Source of the DNA: Eledone cirrhosa
Taxonomy: Eukaryota
Length of the DNA stretch: 64,000 nucleotides
Assembly (NCBI GenBank): GCA_964016885.1
Contig: OZ024752.1
Coordinates: 1,116,001-1,180,000, forward strand
Direction: 5' to 3'
Part shown: positions 56,517 to 64,000 of the stretch, one piece after another
How the letters are laid out: every line of letters starts with the position of its first letter
Position numbering within the stretch: the first letter of the stretch is position 1
Position numbers and translations under genes: made by a program
Notes under the pieces: model-generated
The model's input: the letters and a program-made list of their open reading frames with translations, nothing else
Told to the model about the DNA's origin: nothing
Databases searched by the model: none

Positions 56517-57966
56517 CAAGGAAACAACAAAACAAAGGTAGAAAATACATTAGTTTCACGCTTTATATTCGAACATTCTTTCCCTTTTTACATATAAATA
56601 AGTGACATAGTCACTTATTTAAAACTCATAGTGGATGGTCTTCTAAATGTTTATAATTAAACCTGCGGGATATTGCCAAATATACTACACATACATTCAT
56701 GTATACATTGCTATTTCAGAGCACCAATACTAATACCTAATTTTTGCTGGACCGGCAATCGCTCTGTATAATCAGCTCCTGATTATTACTGGAATTCTAT
56801 AAGAATCCAGCTTCTATAATTCTCGGCAATGCCAGCGGAGTGTATGGTCTTGATAAACGCTCACAAGCGAGAAACAGACTGTCTGTCGATCATTCTATGT
56901 TGTTGTGCCGAGAATAAGTAAGTAACATAGTCACTACTTTAAAACTCATAGCGAATGGTCTTCTAAATGTTTTAAATTAAACATACGGTATATACAGAAG
57001 GAATGGTCAATCTAGTTGATTAGTTGGCTTACCACGGTTATATGTTGTCAGGGTAGCAACAACACATGGAGGTGTATATCAATTGGCACTCTTACCGTTG
57101 AGAAAGTTGACTGTCTGGAACTATCTGGTAAATGGTTGCTGTATTGTTAGTCTGTTTCAAATTAACAATGTTGAGTAGTGATTGCAGTCAGCACAAGTGT
57201 ATTAATAGCGTTAGGTTTGAGCAATCAAGTTAACAGGAACTATGTTTTCTCGCGGGGTTATCTATGGCCAATAATTTCATGTCATATAATCTTCCATGAC
57301 CGTTCGAACGAATCTAACTGCTTATAAGACTTAACTAACATCGTCCAAAAACCATCACGTTGACAAAGTTCCAAGTGAGTTACATCCACCTCTTAATTCT
57401 ACCTCCCCTATCTCTTCACTCTACTATCAAACTAAAGCTACTAAATGACTTATAGTCACTTTTCTAGAGGCTAATCATTGCCTCGTTACCACATTCTGTG
57501 GCCTAATTCTACAAATTCACCCGAAATTCCCTTCTTTTACACGGGATAATTCTTTTCTTTATCTCGAGAAGACGCTTGAAGATAGAGTGAGACTGTGGTG
57601 CTGAAACTTGGTAGACCCCTAATTAGGGGAGTACTCAATCCATGGGAATATGCAGAGAGGTATAAACCCGAACTGACGACTACCGGCGTCGGTATTTTTC
57701 AGCAAGCCTTTTTAAGGGTGTGATCGCTTGGCATCGCGGTCCTTCACTCACTCTCACTCCTTCCCCCTCTCTCTCTCCGTAGATACAAACATATATATAT
57801 ATATATATATATATTGTACAACCAACCATGTTACTCTTCATTCTTTAACTATATATATATATATAAATATATATATATATACATATATATAAGTAAATAT
57901 ATATATATATATATTCTATATTTATATATACATGTTCACATTTGCAGACACGCATACATATGCATG

Positions 57967-58023
<57 letters not shown>

Positions 58024-59949
58024 GTCTCTGTGTGTATGCGTGTGTGTTTGTGGATATTGATTATATTTCCTGTAAATAAAGCCTACATATTCCAATTAAA
58101 AACGTACTCGTTTGAATGCATAACATTTAATATGAAAAATCTGTTTATATTAAAAATCATTTAGTAAGCATAAATATAAAGTGAAGTCAATAAATTATAA
58201 ATTATAAATTTTATTTTTATAGTAGCAGCCTATCGTTCAAATTTTACTTCATTACAAAGAACCGGAAATTTGTATTAAATTTTGATGAATTATGTCTGAA
58301 CATAAATCATAATCATATAACGAAAATGTGCCTAAGCATTAACTTGGATCTTTTGTTGCATAAAAAAGTTCTCAAAGTTTCTTTTTCGTCTGTGAATTTC
58401 TATTTCTTTAGCCGTAATATTAAAGTCTATTGATGTGAATATCATTTTCAAACACAGAAACACACCGAAACACATAGAAACACATAGAAACACAGAAACA
58501 CACAAAAACACATAGAAACAGACAGACGCACACGCACACACACACACACGCACACACACACAGACACACACACACATAATCATACACACACACACAATCA
58601 CACATACATACATACACACACACAAACACAAACACGGAAACACACACACGCATCCCCACCCACAAACATACATACGCACATGCATACACATGCAGAGTTA
58701 CGCGTATACACATACACTCGTCGCATGCAACCACACATTCATAATAACCCCTCAAACAAAGCCACGGTCCAACTCATATCGACTTCTTATAATGTCCTCT
58801 ATTGAGAAGTAATCATATAGGTACACACATTATGTTCTACCTTCCTCCATGCTTATCTCCGCATCGATAGCTCTTGAAATGTTTTACCTCATTCTGATAT
58901 TTTCATATTTCAAGATGGCTGATTAAACAAAAGCATGTGGTTCGACTTCTGAAAACCGTTCACTGTTTCGTCTTTTACTCTCGTTTATTTTCCTTTTTCC
59001 TCGCTCTCCCAAACATCTCCCCCACTATCTACTTTCCGAAGAAAGATTAGCCACTGAAACGTTAAGTTTCTTCCCCAGCAATATCAAGCAACGAACTTAT
59101 GTACAATTCCTGCATTGTTCTCCGCTGTCGGTTTTACTTTCTCGTTTACTGTTTCACACGTTCAAACAAGAATATTGTTCATGAACAATATTCCCTTCAT
59201 GATCATTTTACTGGGTAGCATTTAAACCAGCAAAGGTTATAGCCAAACTTTACAAATGGTCCATGCTGTCCTTTGTCTTTCTATTTCTTCTTCCATTTCT
59301 CATTCTATCTTTTGATGAAGGACTAACATCCGAATCGTTAAAACTCTTTTCATAATATATCAAGTATTATATATCCTCAGTATACTGCATCGGTTTGCAG
59401 TACATATCAAAACGTATGATTACTTTACAATACACACCTTAGTTAAAACAAAAACATGTACGCCAAAACATTGAATGTCTGAAGAGACAAAAGTATTGAA
59501 CTTGGTGCTGAATAAATACATATTTGAATTAGAGTTCATATTTATGAAACAATGTTCGTTATTTAAAATTATATATGATATTAAGGAAAGCAAAATTGGT
59601 TATATCAAAACTGTTATCTTTCGTTCCACCTTCTGCTTCATAGTAAAACCTCAAATTGGCTAATATTAAATTCATAAGGAACGTGACAAAGAATAAACAA
59701 TAATATCAGTCAAAATTTAGATTTGCAGTTTGACTATCGCATACTATATCTAGTGTACGTGCTATTTACTAAAATTGCTTTCAATGAATAAATTTTAGAC
59801 TGAATCTTTATAAGATTTTCTTGCTTTATGTCTTAAAAAAAACTTAATACTTCCTGGAAGCCGTCATTTCTATATAATCTTATTATAGATTGATTGTAGT
59901 ATAATTTTACCATATAAAGGTAAATTGGTTTGCATAGAATTTACAGTGA

Positions 59950-60830
59950 ATCACAAATCTATTAATAACATTTTTATACGCTGATTTTTATATTTACTTA
60001 GATTAGAGATACATGGTTGATTTTGTTTTGATTCTGATTCAAGAATTTCAATAAAATTGCGTTGCACTGTCCATGACAAAATAGCTGTTAGCAAGCTCTT
60101 GTCAAAGAAATCTATCATCAAATATGATTCAACCATGGACACGTGTTATATTTCAGATATTCTATAACTAAGATCTCATTATTCACTGTATTCTTTCTTT
60201 TATTATGCAGTAGGCTACTGCGTGGGAGAAACTGCGCTTGCTATTTATAGAAGATGTGTTGTCACGCAGAGAATATATCATTGTCTTTAAAGTTCTTGCA
60301 ATACAACAAAGAATGAAATGTTTGATGATAATATTGGGTTGCTCAATTTTTTGAGGACATTTGCATGAATCTGATAATAGAGGCATACGTCTTGAAAGAA
60401 GAGTTTATTTGAGACAATAGCATGGGAAATCTCCAGGCTCTTCTTTCCCCCTCACAACATATATAACTACTATAGAAAGTCATCATGCATAATTCTTATA
60501 ATATTTACGTTTAAATATTGAGCTACTTAGCAATGGTGGCAATTGGCTGTCTTGCATCTTTACCGGTAATCTTTTGCATCTTTTTGTTCCCCAAATGTGT
60601 GTATTGATGGTATTAAAACGCATTACAGGCGTTTTAAGTTTGGCTACTGCTGTTGAGTCCTCGTCAGCGGCTTCTAGATCTTTGCAAACTTTGACAACAA
60701 AGGGCCGTACAACTTTCTAGAAGCGAGCAATATTTCAATCATTATTTTCTGCATTTTAGTCAACCGTCACAGCGTCCCCTTCCATTTTCTGAGTTAGCTT
60801 GATTTCTGTCATCATTTAACTGAAACGAAA
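59950..60830 (-). pseudogene. Possible degenerate DNA transposase relic (Mutator-like?)
   Basis: Coding-like segments with ADEDSTAVAKLK..TINTH and RSFSHAVAY; weak motif resemblance only. Confidence 0.3.
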
Positions 60831-61450
60831 TGATAATCAGAACAAGTTAGAAAAAGAAGTTAGAGCTATAGATAAACCTGTTTTTTAAGACCTTAGTAAC
60901 CGTTTATATATTAAAATATAATAGCTTCGTGGGTTAAAGCGGTGTGCCATTTTAGATATAGTATTTTAAAATTAGTTTACTATTATTGTATCATATTACG
61001 TAAAATCACTATTTATTCCTCTCCTGTTTATGTATTGATTTTTCTTCTTCTTCTTGATAGTTTTGTTCAGTCTCAAACGGAAGTTCTCAATCTTCTTTAG
61101 CTTCAAGTATTCTTATGACTTTCTTCAGTTTAATCCGTTGTTTGTGTCATATCTTATCTTCATGATCATCATCTTCATCGACATCGTCTTCTTCATAATT
61201 ATTGTCCTCTTCGTCTCAGTGAGTCATCGTCATCGTGGTCGTTGTCTTCGTCATCGTCGTGATCATCACCAACATCATCATGTTCATCATCAAAATAATG
61301 TTCAACATCAAAATAATGTTCAACATTATCATCATTGCTATCGTTGTGCTAATGGTAGCAGCAGCAGGCATCAGCAGAAATCTCTATAAATTCATCTATG
61401 CACTGAAGCACACACGCGCACACACACATACACACACACACACACGCACG

Positions 61451-61483
<33 letters not shown>

Positions 61484-63302
61484 GTGTGTGTGTGTGTATG
61501 TGTGTGTGTGTATGCTTGTATATGTACACATGTATGTATTTCCATATGGCAAAGTGCACTAGACGTAGCATAATCTGAAGATATAGAAACGATTTAGATA
61601 AAATGGAAGTATGATGATGGAGATGAGTATAGAGGCACTTTTGATGCAACCACCGGATTGAAGTCAAATAGAAACCAAAATCAAGATTAAATACATTTAC
61701 TGTGTATGGGAATTCAAGATGGTGAAAGAAAGTATAAGAGTTTCAAATTCGAAAATGAAAAGCTGACAGAATGAGACATTAAAATATAAAGAAGGCCGCT
61801 ACCGTATCAAGATTCTTATCTTAACATGCTTTCGTATGGAATGGAACCAGAACGGATAAAAGTATGAATACAAATAATTTATTGTGATAGTAATCATTTG
61901 GATGAAGAAGGAAGTTCATTTGCCAATGGTGGTGACTTAAGACGATACTATTCTATATCCATCTATGCCATACTGATCTTATCGTTGCTTTTTAATTGAA
62001 ACTGTTTTTAGGAATGTAGGGTTTGATGGAAACATTGCAATATCTGAAGTACAGATAGCAGAAATAAAAACGCTAACAATATAGCAATGACTAAAATATT
62101 ACAAACTCTAATACTTCTCAAAATTATGTTCTCTGATAATATCATGCCAAAATTCATATATTCACTATGCAATTCACGTATGTCCAAACGAAGATTTATC
62201 GCTTATAGTAGGATTGAAAGATAATGCAGTGAGACGGTATATCGATATGGAACGGACTCAACTATTGAAATTACCAGAATTTAGGAGATGAAGGGGGGAT
62301 TTTAAAAGCTGATAAATGATTGTAATCATCAGACAATTCCTAAGTCCATGAAAACGACAAGGAAATATAAATGCAGTAAATACGTGTATGTCTTGCAAAA
62401 TTATGAAAACGAAACGGAAGCAATTATTCCAATATTAAATTCTTCTAGATTGAATTAAGTATATTCTCTGATGTAGGTCGGGAAATTAAAATGAACGTTT
62501 ATAAAAATTACAAACATAAAACCTATAAATATGGAAATTAGACCAGGTAGAATAGACTGATGGCATATTGAAGGAAATTAACTTAAGGATATTAGATTCT
62601 CGATCTTAGCAACATATGACGTAAACAGTGTATAACACTCACGCCCCCCCCCCACAAACACACATCTCATAATTAGCGATTGTAACATCCAGTTACTGTA
62701 GATTCATCAGAGCGAGCACTTGATACGTAGTTTCCACAACAGATATCCGAGGAGCTTTTGATTACAGATTCGGGCCAGATCGAACCTTGAGCTGATCAAT
62801 AACGTAACGAAGACATAACAAATCGTCATTTTTATTATATATCTATATATATATATGTGTGTGTTTGTGTGTGCGCGTCTGTGTGTGTGTGTGTAGCATG
62901 TATATATGTATATATTTACATATACACACACACGCATACATAGATACGTAGATATATGTATTTATGTATGTGTATGTATGTATGTATGTATGTATGTATG
63001 TATGTATGTATGTATGTATGTATTAAATGTGTGCATATATCTATATATACATTCATAGCATGTTATTGAATTAATTGCTCACTTACCCTAACACTAATCG
63101 ACGGAAGAGAAAATATCAAATAGCGTTGCTGGAATAAGCAGAAATTGCACATGAAGACCTTTGAATCACTGTCTTCTCACGAGTGCAACACATGGCTGAA
63201 ATGAGAGCTGGTGTTTTAGTTGAGTTAGTGGTAATGATATGAAGGTCATTTGATAATTCCAAACACAAACTTCATGTACAATATATCGGAATTACAAAAG
63301 AA

Positions 63303-63729
63303 CAATAGTTTCTGATTTAAGCACAAAACCAACGGTTTTGAAGGAAGGAACATTTGATTACATCGACCCAGTGGCTTATAGAGCTTTATTTTATCGACCC
63401 CGTAAGGATGAAGGAGATACACCGTAAGGAGATACCCTCCATGGGGTCTGAAATAAGAACGTAAAATCAAGTATCTATATGCGACAAAGCATGTTGTCCG
63501 ACGCTCTACCGATCTGAAAATCCACCATACTTTCAAAATATAATTGTTTCTACTTTAGGCACAAGGCCAGCAATTACCCAGTACATTACTGGTACTTTAT
63601 TTTATCGACCCCGTAAGGATGAAAGGCAAAGTTAACCTCGGTGAGATTTGAACACAGACTGTAAAGGGACGTAACTATGCTAGAAAGCATGGCGTGCAAC
63701 CCTCTACCGATACTGCCAATTCGCCGCCA
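63303..63729 (-). mobile_element. Two tandem SINE family 1 copies (older 63303-63527, younger 63541-63729)
   Basis: Younger copy has TSD TTTCAAAATATAAT at 63531 and 63730. Confidence 0.88.
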
Positions 63730-64000
63730 TTTCAAAATATAATGGTTCCAAAATAATGCAAGATGACTCCATGTTTTCCAACATAGGTGGTTAAGCAAAC
63801 ATTCTCAGTTCCTCGGCTGTTCCTCAAGTATCAAAATATTACAAAGAAATTCCATGGCTTCTTCCTCGTGGGCTATAAAACACCGTTATTATCACGCGTT
63901 TACAAAGTATAATGATTTCATGATAGGGAAAGCAAGTATATATATTACGGAATATATAGTTGGGCGGGGATGCTCAAGGGAATGTAGCAAAATGATGGCC

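Noticed and set aside
61550-62500. Possible very old LINE reverse transcriptase remnant (also 27300-28270)
   Set aside because: Too degenerate to assign by eye; needs BLASTx.
62670-62720. Minus-strand CTGATGAATC..GGATGTTAC hammerhead-like string
   Set aside because: GAAA box absent and stem I not convincing.

Overview
Very AT-rich, repeat-saturated eukaryotic intergenic or intronic DNA. The SINE and microsatellite content looks like an octopod cephalopod (inference). I can support no host protein-coding exon, rRNA, tRNA or CRISPR array; nearly all supplied ORFs (YIYIYI, VCVCVC, HTHTHT) are microsatellite artefacts. Contents: about 20 copies of one young tRNA-derived SINE and one copy of a second SINE; relics of Tx1/L1, R4/Dong-type (RLE) and RTE LINEs; internally deleted non-autonomous RTE derivatives; a Penelope-like GIY-YIG endonuclease fragment; a Chapaev-like transposase relic; and very long (TA)n tracts. 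The most notable signal is a set of short elements in or next to (TA)n tracts that carry type I hammerhead ribozyme motifs. These fall into several families; two show compensatory base changes between copies. They often occur as fold-back inverted repeats, including a perfect 340-bp palindrome with a hammerhead on each strand. They fit Penelope pseudo-LTR or retrozyme-like modules. All coordinates and folds were read by eye.
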